Of a stretch of 56,677 nt of DNA, positions 28,571 through 37,799 are shown piece after piece (the stretch's first letter is position 1; each line of letters begins with the position of its first letter). A program made the position numbers and the translations under genes. The stretch comes from Pseudomonadota bacterium (GTDB lineage: Bacteria > Pseudomonadota > Alphaproteobacteria > RF32 > CAG-239): assembly GCA_030536665.1 (NCBI GenBank), contig JAUNPO010000002.1, positions 1-56,677 on the forward strand, given 5' to 3'. The notes beneath the pieces are model-generated. The model was not told the origin of the DNA, searched no databases, and worked only from the letters and a program-made list of their open reading frames with translations.

Positions 28571-28828
28571 TTATCCGTTGACGTGGGCGGCAGTTTTCAT
28601 GGAATAGAAGATAAACAGCCAGATTGCCGTGTATATTGCGCCAAACCATATGTTTAACAAAAAGGTCAGGGCACAGACGCCGAGGATTGTTACGGCGAAG
28701 AAAATTTCCCTGTAGTGTCTGACTAATCGTTCAAAAAGGATAGCCACGGTCAGGACAAAGTTTCTCAAGCTTTTTTTGCAACGGATGACTGATTTCAGCC
28801 ATGCACGTTTTACAACGTTTTTTTTCAT
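28571..28828 (-). CDS. hypothetical small membrane protein (85 aa)
   Basis: ATG ORF with two hydrophobic helices. No Shine-Dalgarno sequence seen. Confidence 0.4.
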   Translation of the reverse strand: MKKNVVKRAWLKSVIRCKKSLRNFVLTVAILFERLVRHYREIFFAVTILGVCALTFLLNIWFGAIYTAIWLFIFYSMKTAAHVNG

Positions 28829-28895
28829 AATGATTTATTTATAATAAGTTTATGAACCATATCATATTATAAAATAGACAAAAAAACAAGCTTTT

Positions 28896-29543
28896 TTAAA
28901 TTAAAGACGCGATTTCGGCACGGAGCAAATCCAAACCCTGATTTTTGACGGAGCTGGTGGCGATAACGTCAGTGTAGGCTGCCGCGTGTTTTTTGATTTC
29001 GGCATGGAGCGCTTCTTCCTGTTTTTGCAGTTCTCTGGCGCTGACTTTGTCGGCTTTGGTCAGGACAATCTGGTAAGTGACGGCGGCTTTATCAAGCATT
29101 TCCATGACTTCTTTATCAACTTTTTTCAGCCCGTGGCGGGAGTCTATCAGCAAAAAGACGCGTTTGAGATTTACACGGCCGCGCAGGTAGTCAAAAATGA
29201 GTTTCTGCCATTGTTTGACCAGTTTTTCCGGGGCTTCGGCATAGCCGTAACCGGGGAGGTCGACAACATGGAGCATATCATTGAGGTTGAAGTAGTTTAA
29301 CTGCTGGGTGCGGCCCGGCGTGTTTGAGGTTTTTGCCAGTTTCTTTTGGTTGAACAAGGCATTGATAATGCTGGATTTCCCGACATTGGAACGCCCGGCA
29401 AAGGCAATCTCTCCCATTTCGGTCAACGGCAGCTGCGGCAAGGCGGCGACGCTGAGTACAAAATTTACCGGCTGGCGGAAGAGGTCTTCCGCCGCCTGAA
29501 GTTCAGCAGTGGTAAATTTGCCGTTGTCGGTATTTTCCGCCAT
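28896..29543 (-). CDS. yihA: ribosome biogenesis GTP-binding protein YihA/EngB
   Basis: G1 GRSNVGKSS, G3 DLPGYG, G4 TKADK. Immediately downstream of yidC. Confidence 0.93.
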   Translation of the reverse strand: MAENTDNGKFTTAELQAAEDLFRQPVNFVLSVAALPQLPLTEMGEIAFAGRSNVGKSSIINALFNQKKLAKTSNTPGRTQQLNYFNLNDMLHVVDLPGYGYAEAPEKLVKQWQKLIFDYLRGRVNLKRVFLLIDSRHGLKKVDKEVMEMLDKAAVTYQIVLTKADKVSARELQKQEEALHAEIKKHAAAYTDVIATSSVKNQGLDLLRAEIASLI

Positions 29544-29546
29544 TTT

Positions 29547-31232
29547 TTAGACTCCGTTCTTTCTCATGATGGCTTTTTGCTGGATGATGGACAGGATATT
29601 GCTGAGCGTCCAGTAGATAACCAAACCGGAAGCAAAATGTCCGAGCATGAAGGTAAAGATTACCGGCAGCATGGCGAACATTCGCGCCTGATCTTTGCTG
29701 GTCGGCGCCGGGTTCAGCTTTTGCTGGATGTACATGGTGATACCCATGATAATCGGCCAGACGCCGATATCCAGCAGGCCGGGAACCGGCAGATGCGTGA
29801 TGACGGAAAGCGTCAAGGGGTCGGGTGCGGAAAGGTCTTTAATCCAGCCGATAAACGGTGCGTGGCGAATTTCGATGGCGATGTTCAAAACCTTATACAG
29901 GGAGAAGAAGACCGGAATTTGAATCAGCAGCGGCAGACAACCGGCGGCAGGGTTGATTTTTTCCTTGCGGTAGAGCGCCATGGTTTCCTGCTGTAATTTC
30001 ATTTTGTCGTCTTTGTAACGTTCCTGCAGGGTTTTCAGCTTGGGCTGCAGTTTCTTCATCTTAGACATGCTTTCGTATGATTTTCCGGCAACCGGATACA
30101 TTACCAGGCGCAGCAGGGCAGCGAAGAGCAGAATTGCCCAGCCCATGTTGCCAATCAGGTTGTAAAGAAAGTCAAGAATGTAGAAGAACGGTTTGGTCAG
30201 GAAATAATACCAGCCAAAGTCAACGGCCAAGTCAAATTTTGGAATGTTATATTGTGTGGTGTAGCGGTCAAGGAGCTTGATTTCCTTTGCGCCGGCAAAC
30301 ATACGGATGTTGTTGGTTCCGGCTGTTCCCGCCGTGATGACAACCGGCTGGCCGAGGTAGTCAATCTGGTAGGTTGTACCGTCAGTGTTGCGGTATTTGA
30401 CGGTTGTTTCCTGGAGATTGTTTAAGATAACGGCGCTGAACCAATAGCGGTCGGAGAATCCGGCCCAGCCGCCTTTGGTTTTGAACTCTTTGCTTTCGCC
30501 TTTGTCGAGGCTTTTGTATTTGACTTCATGGAGTGTATTGTCAAAGACGCCGGTCATGCCCTCGTGTACAACCGAGGCGGAAGAAGCTTCCAAGTCGGGT
30601 GTGCGGCTAATCAGGCCGTAGGGGTAAAGCGTTATGTTCCGGCCAGTATTGTTTTCAACCGTGTCGTCGATGGTGAACATGTAGTTGTTATCAAGAGATA
30701 CTTTGCGGATGAATTTTAAACCCTGACCGTTGTTCCATTCCAGAATAAGCGGGGTTTCCGGTGTCAGTTCTTTGGTTTTTACGGTCCAGAGGGTGTCTTT
30801 GGTTGGCAGTTTGACGGCGGGAGAGTTTGACAGCCAACCGAACTCGGCATAGTAGGGGCGGGCTGTTTGCGCAGGCGTCAGCAGTTCGACGTCTTTGCTG
30901 TCCGGAGCTAAAGTTTGTTTGTATTTATCCAGCATGATGTCATCAAAACGCGCGCCCTGAACCCGGATACTTCCGGAAAGGGCATCGTTTTTCAGCGATA
31001 CGCGGGGATTTTGTTTTAAGGCTTCGTCAATACCGATAACGGTTTCTTCGGCCATAACGGGCGCCGAAGCGCTGTCCGGCCGGGGTGTCTGCGCCGTTTC
31101 CGCGGCGGGGACGGCTACCGACGTTTGCTCGGCGGCAGGCTTTGGGGCAGAAGGGAAAATCATGTTGGTGACGAATATGATGACTAGTGACAATATAACG
31201 GCAAGGTACAGGCCTTTGGTATCTTCTTTCAT
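29547..31232 (-). CDS. yidC: membrane protein insertase YidC
   Basis: N-terminal TM segment, a large periplasmic domain, and a conserved C-terminal core (NPAAGCLPLLIQIPVFFSLY, GLVIYWTLSN). ATG at 31232 with AGGAG upstream. Confidence 0.95.
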   Translation of the reverse strand: MKEDTKGLYLAVILSLVIIFVTNMIFPSAPKPAAEQTSVAVPAAETAQTPRPDSASAPVMAEETVIGIDEALKQNPRVSLKNDALSGSIRVQGARFDDIMLDKYKQTLAPDSKDVELLTPAQTARPYYAEFGWLSNSPAVKLPTKDTLWTVKTKELTPETPLILEWNNGQGLKFIRKVSLDNNYMFTIDDTVENNTGRNITLYPYGLISRTPDLEASSASVVHEGMTGVFDNTLHEVKYKSLDKGESKEFKTKGGWAGFSDRYWFSAVILNNLQETTVKYRNTDGTTYQIDYLGQPVVITAGTAGTNNIRMFAGAKEIKLLDRYTTQYNIPKFDLAVDFGWYYFLTKPFFYILDFLYNLIGNMGWAILLFAALLRLVMYPVAGKSYESMSKMKKLQPKLKTLQERYKDDKMKLQQETMALYRKEKINPAAGCLPLLIQIPVFFSLYKVLNIAIEIRHAPFIGWIKDLSAPDPLTLSVITHLPVPGLLDIGVWPIIMGITMYIQQKLNPAPTSKDQARMFAMLPVIFTFMLGHFASGLVIYWTLSNILSIIQQKAIMRKNGV

Positions 31233-31325
31233 AATTTCTCCTCTGAACAAATCTGTGGTGATTTGAGATGTTTAATAAGCTTATTTTTGCAAAATTTAAT
31301 CTATATTTGTCGGAAACGCAAGGGG

Positions 31326-31595
31326 TTATGTCGGGTTATGCTTATCTTTGTGGCGGTTTTTATCTTTTGAAAGCGGCGGAACCGGGTCATAGCCCGAGCC
31401 GCCCCAAGGATGACAACGGAGGATTCTCTTGGCGCCGAGGCAGAGGCCTTTTATCAGGCCGTGGGTTTGGACGGCTTCTATCATGTATTGAGAACAGGTC
31501 GGGCGATAGCGGCAGACGCCGGGAAACAGCGGGGAAATAAAACGCTGGTAAAACTTAATCAGCAGGATGAGCAGAGTTTTCAACGGGTTGGTCAT
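31326..31595 (-). CDS. yidD: membrane protein insertion efficiency factor YidD
   Basis: [31 protein letters not shown]...[13 protein letters not shown]. Confidence 0.93.
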   Translation of the reverse strand: MTNPLKTLLILLIKFYQRFISPLFPGVCRYRPTCSQYMIEAVQTHGLIKGLCLGAKRILRCHPWGGSGYDPVPPLSKDKNRHKDKHNPT

Positions 31596-31959
31596 GAGGT
31601 GCCGCCGTGTCGTTGTTGATGGTGCGTTTGATTTTTTTCAGTCCCCAGCCAAGGTCTTTGACCAACTGGCGATAAGCGCAGTCCGCAGTATTGTAACGGC
31701 CGATGAGGACATAGGCATAGCCCGGCCGGGCGTATTTGGCAAAAGTTTCTCTCACCGCCGCGCGCAGGCGCCGCCGGGAACGGTTTCTGACCGTTGCTTT
31801 GCCGATTTTTTTGGTTGTGGTGTAGCCGACGTAAACGTTTGTGTCTTCGGCACATAAATTTTGAGCCGCCTGCAAAATGACCGTCGACGTTATCATCTTA
31901 AGTCCTTTTTGGGCGACTCTTACGAAATCTTTACGTTTTTTAAGAGTTAAAATTTCCAT
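31555..31959 (-). CDS. rnpA: ribonuclease P protein component
   Basis: [10 protein letters not shown], the RNR motif [15 protein letters not shown], and its position between rpmH and yidD. Confidence 0.9.
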   Translation of the reverse strand: MEILTLKKRKDFVRVAQKGLKMITSTVILQAAQNLCAEDTNVYVGYTTTKKIGKATVRNRSRRRLRAAVRETFAKYARPGYAYVLIGRYNTADCAYRQLVKDLGWGLKKIKRTINNDTAAPHDQPVENSAHPAD

Positions 31960-31974
31960 GAGCTAAACGAGCTG

Positions 31975-32109
31975 TTATGCAGAAATTTTAGCGCGTCCTC
32001 TGGCACGGCGTGCGGCCAAAACCTTGCGGCCGTTTTTGGTTGCCATACGAGCGCGGAAGCCATGACGGCGGGCTCTTACCAATTTGCTTGGCTGATAAGT
32101 ACGTTTCAT
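31975..32109 (-). CDS. rpmH: 50S ribosomal protein L34
   Basis: Not in the ORF track because it is under 60 aa. Hand translation: [44 protein letters not shown]. Shine-Dalgarno GGAG upstream. Confidence 0.95.
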   Translation of the reverse strand: MKRTYQPSKLVRARRHGFRARMATKNGRKVLAARRARGRAKISA

Positions 32110-32233
32110 TTCATTTCTCCGGTTAAATGTGAATCTTGATGATTCTGGTTATTATTAGTTATTTTAGCCTCCGAACAGTGCGGAAGCCTCGGAACAAGCT
32201 GTTTATAACGGCAAATTGCCAAGCTGTCAAGCG

Positions 32234-32270
32234 GAAAAAAACAGCTCCGGGCGAAAGGCGCGGAGCTGTG
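32234..32270 (-). terminator. intrinsic terminator of the BI-1 gene
   Basis: ACAGCTCCG (32241-32249) pairs with CGGAGCTGT (32261-32269). A T-run follows on the minus strand. Confidence 0.7.
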
Positions 32271-32285
32271 TTTGAACTGGGGAGG

Positions 32286-33020
32286 CTATTTTCTGTCGCC
32301 AAACAGGCGGAGCAGAGCCAGAAACATGTTGATGAAATCAAGATACAATTCCAAAGCGCCGATGAGCGCGGTTTTGTTCATGGTTTCCATATCGCCGCTG
32401 CTTAAATACATCTGGCGGAGCTTTTGCGTGTCATAGGCGGTCAGGCCGGTGAAGACCAAAACAACCAGGACGGACAACGCCATGTCAAGGCCGGTGCTGC
32501 CCATGAAGATGTTGACTATGGAAGCAATGATGATTCCCCACAGAGCCATTATGCAGAAGTTGCCGATACCGCTTAAGTCTTTTTTGGTGGTGTAGCCGTA
32601 AATGCTCATACCGCCAAACATGGCTGCGGTAATCAGGAAAATACGGGCGATGCTGGCGCCGGTGTAGAGCATGACCGTCGGGGTGAGGGAAGCGCCCATC
32701 AGAGCCGAGAAAATCCAGAAAACGCCCTGCAGTTTGGAAGCGCTGCCGTTGCGCGCTACGGAATTAAAATAAAAAACCATGGCTAACGGCGCAAAAAGAA
32801 TCAGCCAGCCTAAAACGGAAAGGCTTACCATATTGCCGCTGACGCTGAAAAACAGCCGGAAAAGGGGCGGAATGCTCATGATGATGTATGAGGTCAGAGC
32901 GGTGACTACCAGTCCGCCGGCCATAAAATTGTAGACTTTACGCAAATATTCCCGCAGGTCGGCTTCAACAATGACGGTCTGTGCCGGGCGGGAAGGGGTT
33001 TGAACTTCGTTTTCGATCAT
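32286..33020 (-). CDS. Bax inhibitor-1/YccA family membrane protein
   Basis: 244 aa, 7 TM segments, GLTAYDTQKLRQMY motif. Confidence 0.88.
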   Translation of the reverse strand: MIENEVQTPSRPAQTVIVEADLREYLRKVYNFMAGGLVVTALTSYIIMSIPPLFRLFFSVSGNMVSLSVLGWLILFAPLAMVFYFNSVARNGSASKLQGVFWIFSALMGASLTPTVMLYTGASIARIFLITAAMFGGMSIYGYTTKKDLSGIGNFCIMALWGIIIASIVNIFMGSTGLDMALSVLVVLVFTGLTAYDTQKLRQMYLSSGDMETMNKTALIGALELYLDFINMFLALLRLFGDRK

Positions 33021-33189
33021 TATCGACTCTCCTTTATGATGTAACTAAAGATAATATAGGGAGGATTGTGCTGAAAATCAACATAATAATCCGCGGTGTG
33101 AAAAGGTGCTTTTTTGTTGACTTTTGTCCAATAGTGTGCTTATCTTTAGGTTATATTGGAATTATTGTATCATTAAAAAAATTATAATT

Positions 33190-33723
33190 ATGGAAAAAGA
33201 TGCTTTATGCGCGACTAAAGACGCTTGTTTGTTGGAAGATGTCCGGTTTTGGCAAAGGCGTTTTCTGATACAGTTTCGGGAACGCTCTCAGCTTTGTTTT
33301 GATTTTAAAGTAGCTTATAGTGACGGTTTGGTCAGCCGTTTGGTTAAAGACCGCAAAAACCGGACACCGGTCGGAATTGTTGTAAAAGGATGGCTGATTT
33401 TGGGGAAAGAAGCTCCGGAGGCAATGACTTGGTATGACGGTACCAGATATTGCGCGAATATCAAAGTCAGCGGCAAAGGCTGTCAGTTGTGTCCTGAAGA
33501 TTTGCGTTATTTCTTAGTTCAGCATGACGGAGAAATTAACAGTTTATTGTGCGATTTGGGATTTGAACCGTTTGACAATAATGAATTTTATTTCTGTCAG
33601 GAAACGGCGGGAAATTATCGGGATCAGGCTGAGGTTTTTTGTCAAAGCAAGGGATGGAATTATCGTACCGCTAAAAGTAATGCTAGGCGGGTTCGTCCGA
33701 TGGTTCGGTTGTTTCAAGAGTAA
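33190..33723 (+). CDS. hypothetical Cys-containing protein, possibly DUF1566/Lcl-C-like
   Basis: MTWYDGTRYCANI ... RRVRPMVRL loosely resembles DUF1566 (MTW..A..YC ... VRCVR). ATG at 33190 is preferred over the TTG at 33124. Weak call. Confidence 0.4.
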   Translation: MEKDALCATKDACLLEDVRFWQRRFLIQFRERSQLCFDFKVAYSDGLVSRLVKDRKNRTPVGIVVKGWLILGKEAPEAMTWYDGTRYCANIKVSGKGCQLCPEDLRYFLVQHDGEINSLLCDLGFEPFDNNEFYFCQETAGNYRDQAEVFCQSKGWNYRTAKSNARRVRPMVRLFQE

Positions 33724-33757
33724 AATACTGCCCGGAAAACAAATCCGGGCAGTATTT

Positions 33758-34468
33758 CTATTCATAAAGGTACAGGTCTTTGCCGTGTTCTTTGAGCCAT
33801 TGTTCCCCTTGTTCGTATTCGGGGTAAAGGTTTGCGACGCAATCCCAGAAACAGCGCGAGTGATTGGGGTGGCGGAGGTGTGCCACTTCGTGCGCCATCA
33901 GGTAGTTGATAACGAAATCAGGCGCCAGAGCAATGCGCCAGCTGTAGTTGATGTTTTGCAGGGTTGAGCAGCTGCCCCAGCGTGATTTGGTATCTTTTAT
34001 GGTGACGCCGTTGATGGTTTCTCCGAGTTTTTTGGCGTATTTGTTGGAGCGCTTGTAAAATTCGTTTTGCGCTTTCTTTTTGATGAAATCTTTTACCCGG
34101 CGGTGCAGAAATTCGATTTCTCCGGAAACAAGGAGTTGGTCTGTTTCCAGTTTAGCGCCGAGGCGGCGTTCCGGGGCGTGAATGATAGTTACTTCTTTGC
34201 CGAAGAGGCTGATTGTATCGCCGTTTTCAAAAGGTTTGCTGCGCGGCAGGCGGTTCAGCGAATCGTTGATCCACTGTTTGTGTGCCAAGACAAACTCAAC
34301 CGCTTTTTTTTGCGGGCAGTAGCGGGGAATCGACAATACCGGGAGGTGTTCCCTGGTGTCAATCCGCAGAGTCAGCTTTTTGGCGCGAGGAGATTTGACG
34401 ATTTTTATCGGAAAGTCAATCTGCTGCTCGATATTATAAGTCTTGCCAGTCAACAATGTAATCTTCAT
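33758..34468 (-). CDS. DUF45/YgjP-like (M48/SprT-type) metal-dependent hydrolase
   Basis: HEVAHLRHPNHSRCFW matches the DUF45 HExxH...NHs..FW signature. 236 aa. Confidence 0.85.
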   Translation of the reverse strand: MKITLLTGKTYNIEQQIDFPIKIVKSPRAKKLTLRIDTREHLPVLSIPRYCPQKKAVEFVLAHKQWINDSLNRLPRSKPFENGDTISLFGKEVTIIHAPERRLGAKLETDQLLVSGEIEFLHRRVKDFIKKKAQNEFYKRSNKYAKKLGETINGVTIKDTKSRWGSCSTLQNINYSWRIALAPDFVINYLMAHEVAHLRHPNHSRCFWDCVANLYPEYEQGEQWLKEHGKDLYLYE

Positions 34469-34940
34469 AGTTTTTTATTCCGGTTTCAGAAACGACAGGG
34501 CGGTTTTGCAGGGACATTCCGGCCGAGTGGACAGAGGCGGCGGTTCCGGTTATGAGCGGGTGCCATTCCGGCAGGTCGTAACCGTTGTCCAACAGCCAGT
34601 AGGCGCAGGTTTTGGGCAGCCAGCGCGGTTTTTCACGGATGGCGGCTAAGTCGATGTCGCGGCAGTCGTCAACTTTTTCAAAACGGTGCGGGTAGATTTT
34701 ACAGAGGCAGGTTTTGCAATCCAAAAAGCGGCAGTGCGTGTTGGTGAACTTGATTCTTCCTTTGATTTCCAGTTTGTTCAGGCAGCATTTGCCGCAGCCG
34801 TCGCAGAGCAGTTCCCATTCGGTTTTGTTCATATCTTCAAGCTTTTTTTTGCGCCAGAATTCCGGTTCTACTTTTTTATATTCGGCAAAACGGGATTCCG
34901 GGTCGTATTCCGGCTCTATGGCATAATCTTTTGTCGTCAT
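34434..34940 (-). CDS. ycgN: YcgN (UPF0260) cysteine-cluster protein
   Basis: FWRKKKLEDMNKTEWELLCDGCGKCCLNKL, CAYWLL and LPEWHPLITG are collinear with E. coli YcgN as I recall it. Confidence 0.85.
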   Translation of the reverse strand: MTTKDYAIEPEYDPESRFAEYKKVEPEFWRKKKLEDMNKTEWELLCDGCGKCCLNKLEIKGRIKFTNTHCRFLDCKTCLCKIYPHRFEKVDDCRDIDLAAIREKPRWLPKTCAYWLLDNGYDLPEWHPLITGTAASVHSAGMSLQNRPVVSETGIKNYEDYIVDWQDL

Positions 34941-35320
34941 TATAAGTCATCCCAGTCAACGATATGGTCTTCCAACTCATCTTCAGGCACGAGCTGTTCC
35001 GAGATGCAACGGCCTTTAATGGTGGTTTTTGATGCCGGCGGGCGGTTTTCGAAGAGGCGGCGGTATGCGCAGCTGTCCGGCATCCAAGAGATTTTATCGA
35101 CGTTGTCTTTTGTCAGCTTGATACATTCCGGAACAAGTTCGCAGCGGCGGTCATATACTGTGCAGAGGCAGTTTTCCGAATCGAAATATTGGCAGACAAC
35201 GTTGGTATAATAAATATCGCCGCTGTCTTCGTCCTGCAATTTAATCAGGCAGCATTTGCCGCAGTTGGTACAGATGTTTTCCCATTCGGTTTCGCTGTAA
35301 TCTTCTAATTTTTTTTTCAA
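34940..35320 (-). CDS. YcgN-like paralog (shorter, lacks the LPxWHPL segment)
   Basis: TEWENICTNCGKCCLIKLQDEDSGDIYYTNVVCQYFDSENCLCTVYDRR...CIKLTKDN...CAYR. Its stop overlaps the downstream ycgN ATG as TAATG. Confidence 0.8.
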   Translation of the reverse strand: MKKKLEDYSETEWENICTNCGKCCLIKLQDEDSGDIYYTNVVCQYFDSENCLCTVYDRRCELVPECIKLTKDNVDKISWMPDSCAYRRLFENRPPASKTTIKGRCISEQLVPEDELEDHIVDWDDL

Positions 35321-35394
35321 AATCGCACCCTTGTTTATTCTTTTGTAATGATGTCCGACTAAAATAACACTAAATTAGTTAAGGAGAAACAAAA

Positions 35395-35808
35395 ATGTTT
35401 AAATGGCTGGCAGATATGATTGTGAAAACCCCGGTACAAGGGACTTGCAGCTGTTGCGAGGGAAAAAAGGAACAGCTGAAAAAGATGCAGAAAGCTATTC
35501 TTGACGGCAGCGAATCGGAAAATTTGGATTTTTCGGGAGAAGATTCCTGTGGTTGCTGCGGAAATTGTGGACATGACGAAGGGCATGAGTGTTCGTGCAA
35601 AAATGGCGGAAAATGCGAGCATGGAGCAAAGCAGGGCGGAATTCCTTTTGGGGCGACTTTTGCCTCAGCGTCTTATTCCGTTTCCTATCATTTTGATCAG
35701 GCGTCGGGACAGTACAACCGCATGGTGCGCTATCATGCCGAGCATACGGCTGAAGATGACACAAAGCATGGCGCCGGCAGTGCCGAGCATGATGACGAAA
35801 ACCACTAA
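35395..35808 (+). CDS. Cys/His-rich hypothetical protein (137 aa), possible metal-binding protein
   Basis: Strong Shine-Dalgarno AAGGAG 8 nt upstream. 10 Cys within residues 18-73 (TCSCC, SCGCCGNCGHDEGHECSCKNGGKCEHG) and 9 His, with a His/Asp/Glu-rich tail. Confidence 0.65.
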   Translation: MFKWLADMIVKTPVQGTCSCCEGKKEQLKKMQKAILDGSESENLDFSGEDSCGCCGNCGHDEGHECSCKNGGKCEHGAKQGGIPFGATFASASYSVSYHFDQASGQYNRMVRYHAEHTAEDDTKHGAGSAEHDDENH

Positions 35809-35842
35809 GGTGTTGGCGGCGTTGGTAAGAAATTTCATCAGG

Positions 35843-37318
35843 TTATCCGATTTGGTCGGGGAGGTTTTCTTCACGGACAAGGTTGCCGAACTGGGTGAAT
35901 TCGCCGTTCCAGAATAGCTGTACGGTTCCGGTCGGGCCGTGGCGTTGTTTACCGATGATGACTTCGCCGATGTTTTCGGTTTGGCGAATCCGGGTTTCCC
36001 ATTCTTCCATGCGGTTTTGGAAGTGTTCGGGCGTTTCTCCGGCGTGCTGTTTGGGTTCTTCGTTCTTAATATAATAGTTTTCGCGGAAAACGAACATGAC
36101 GATATCGGCGTCTTGCTCGATAGAACCGGATTCACGCAAGTCTGACATAATCGGGCGTTTATCGTCGCGCTGCTCAACGCCGCGGCTTAATTGTGACAGG
36201 GCAATAACCGGAATGTTCAATTCTTTGGCCAGCATTTTCAGGCCACGGGAAATTTCCGACAGCTCCTGAACGCGGTTGCCTTCGGAACGTTTGCTGCCGG
36301 TGCCGCTGATGAGTTGGATATAGTCGATGACTATCAGGCCTAAGCCTTTGTTGCGTTTCAATCGGCGGGCGCGGGTGCGGATTGTGTTGATGTTGACGCC
36401 TGGCGAATCGTCAATGTAAAGGGGAATGCTTTCAAGTTCGCGGACGCCGGCGGCAATGCGGATGAATTCGGATTCATCCAGTTCACCGGTACGCATTTTG
36501 TGGCTCGGCGTCTGGGTAACGGTTGACAGGATACGGCTGGCCAGCTGGTCAGCGGACATTTCCAGAGAAAAGAATGCAACGCCGCGGCTTTTGTCATCAA
36601 GGTTTTTATCGCGCCCCATAAATTCGGCGACGTTATAGGCAATGTTGGTTGCCAGAGCCGTTTTACCCATGGCGGGACGTCCGGCGAGAATAATCAGGTC
36701 GGAGTTGTTCAGGCCGCCGGTTTTGTTGTCCAGGGCATCCAGTCCCGTGGGGAGGCCGGAGAGTTTGCCTTCTTTTTGGTAGGCTTGCTCAATCAAGCTG
36801 AGTGATGTGGTTAAGGCGTCGCCGAAAGAAACAAATCCGCCTTGGATGTCGCCTTGGTTCGAGAGTTCAAACAAGCGTTTTTCTGCCATTTCAATTTGGG
36901 AGTTGGCGTCTGCATCAACGTCTTCTTTCATGGCGGAGTTGACAATTTCATAGCCGGTGGCAATCAGTTCGCGGCGCAGATATTTGTCATAAATAAACTG
37001 CCCGTAATATTCGACATTGGTCAGCGGCGAGGCGCTGTCGGCCAGTTTTATCAGATATTTGTGGCCGCCGACTTCGTTTAAGGTGCCTTCCTGTTCAAAG
37101 TAGTTTTTCAGGGTGATGACATCGGCAATATGGCCGCGCTGGATGAGTTTGGAGATGACTTCAAAGATTTTTACATGGATAGAATCGGCAAAGTGAAAGG
37201 GGCGGAGGTATTCCGAAACCTTTTCAAATGCTTTGTTGTTTACGAGAATCGCTCCCAGAAGAGCCTGTTCAGCTTCAAGGTTTTGCGGAAGGAGCGATGG
37301 GTCGATGTTGTTGTCCAT
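35843..37318 (-). CDS. dnaB: replicative DNA helicase DnaB
   Basis: PQNLEAEQALLGAIL N-terminus, Walker A GRPAMGKTA, LIVIDYIQL, SQLSR, and GKQRHGPTG near the C-terminus. Confidence 0.96.
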   Translation of the reverse strand: MDNNIDPSLLPQNLEAEQALLGAILVNNKAFEKVSEYLRPFHFADSIHVKIFEVISKLIQRGHIADVITLKNYFEQEGTLNEVGGHKYLIKLADSASPLTNVEYYGQFIYDKYLRRELIATGYEIVNSAMKEDVDADANSQIEMAEKRLFELSNQGDIQGGFVSFGDALTTSLSLIEQAYQKEGKLSGLPTGLDALDNKTGGLNNSDLIILAGRPAMGKTALATNIAYNVAEFMGRDKNLDDKSRGVAFFSLEMSADQLASRILSTVTQTPSHKMRTGELDESEFIRIAAGVRELESIPLYIDDSPGVNINTIRTRARRLKRNKGLGLIVIDYIQLISGTGSKRSEGNRVQELSEISRGLKMLAKELNIPVIALSQLSRGVEQRDDKRPIMSDLRESGSIEQDADIVMFVFRENYYIKNEEPKQHAGETPEHFQNRMEEWETRIRQTENIGEVIIGKQRHGPTGTVQLFWNGEFTQFGNLVREENLPDQIG

Positions 37319-37547
37319 GATTCAAAATCCCTGTCTTAGTTCAGGCTATTTATAGCTTATTTATTTTCAAATACAAGGCAAAAGTGGTTGAAGTGTCTGA
37401 GGTAAGGCGGCGGTTTGTGGATAATGGGGATAAACTGGGCGTTGGAAGGGAGCAATGGGAGGGGCGGCGTATCCATTTCCTCATGGCTTCGAATCTCAGG
37501 GCTTGCAACATCAAAAAAAACCACTCGCAAGGAGTGGCTTTTTTTGA

Positions 37548-37566
37548 TGGCGTACCCGAAGGGATT
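37548..37566 (-). other. orphan copy of the tRNA-Arg 3' end (19 nt)
   Basis: TGGCGTACCCGAAGGGATT is identical to 37723-37741, then diverges. The flanking sequence gives no cloverleaf. Confidence 0.8.
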
Positions 37567-37687
37567 GGCTCTTTTTGTCGCCGCTTCGTCGTCGTTCGGC
37601 CAGCGCCTCAGCGGCATACTTCCGTCTGCCTCTCCTCCTAGTCGAACCCATTTCCTCATGTGTTCGAATCCCGGGGTTTGCAACATC

Positions 37688-37720
37688 AAAAAAAACCACT
37701 CGCAAGGAGTGGCTTTTTTT
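37688..37720 (-). terminator. intrinsic terminator of tRNA-Arg (bidirectional shape)
   Basis: A8, CCACTC (37696-37701), loop GCAAG, GAGTGG (37707-37712), then C and T7. Confidence 0.7.
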
Positions 37721-37722
37721 AA

Positions 37723-37799
37723 TGGCGTACCCGAAGGGATTCGAACCCATGACCCTCGGCGTCGGAGGCCGATACTCTATCCAACTGAGCTACGGGTAC
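37723..37799 (-). tRNA. tRNA-Arg (anticodon CCG), CCA encoded
   Basis: Hand-folded cloverleaf: acceptor stem GTACCCG/CGGGTAC, anticodon stem TCGGC/GCCGA with loop CTCCGAC, T-loop TTCGAAT (one U-U mismatch in the T-stem), 3' GCCA. Confidence 0.9.

Larger units (their letters stand above)
37473..37741. repeat. two 94-nt direct repeats (37473-37566 and 37648-37741), period 175 bp
   Basis: 88/94 identical by hand alignment. Each copy holds a TTCGAAT-containing segment, the CCACTC/GAGTGG terminator hairpin, and the last 19 nt of tRNA-Arg. Confidence 0.85.

Noticed and set aside
35501-35917. 138-aa plus-strand ORF and several minus-strand ORFs (35359-35622, 35495-35764, 35665-36177) overlapping the Cys/His-rich gene and the dnaB 3' end.
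   Set aside because: They have no ribosome-binding sites and give low-complexity translations. The 35395 frame has a strong Shine-Dalgarno sequence and a coherent Cys/His pattern, and dnaB explains the rest.
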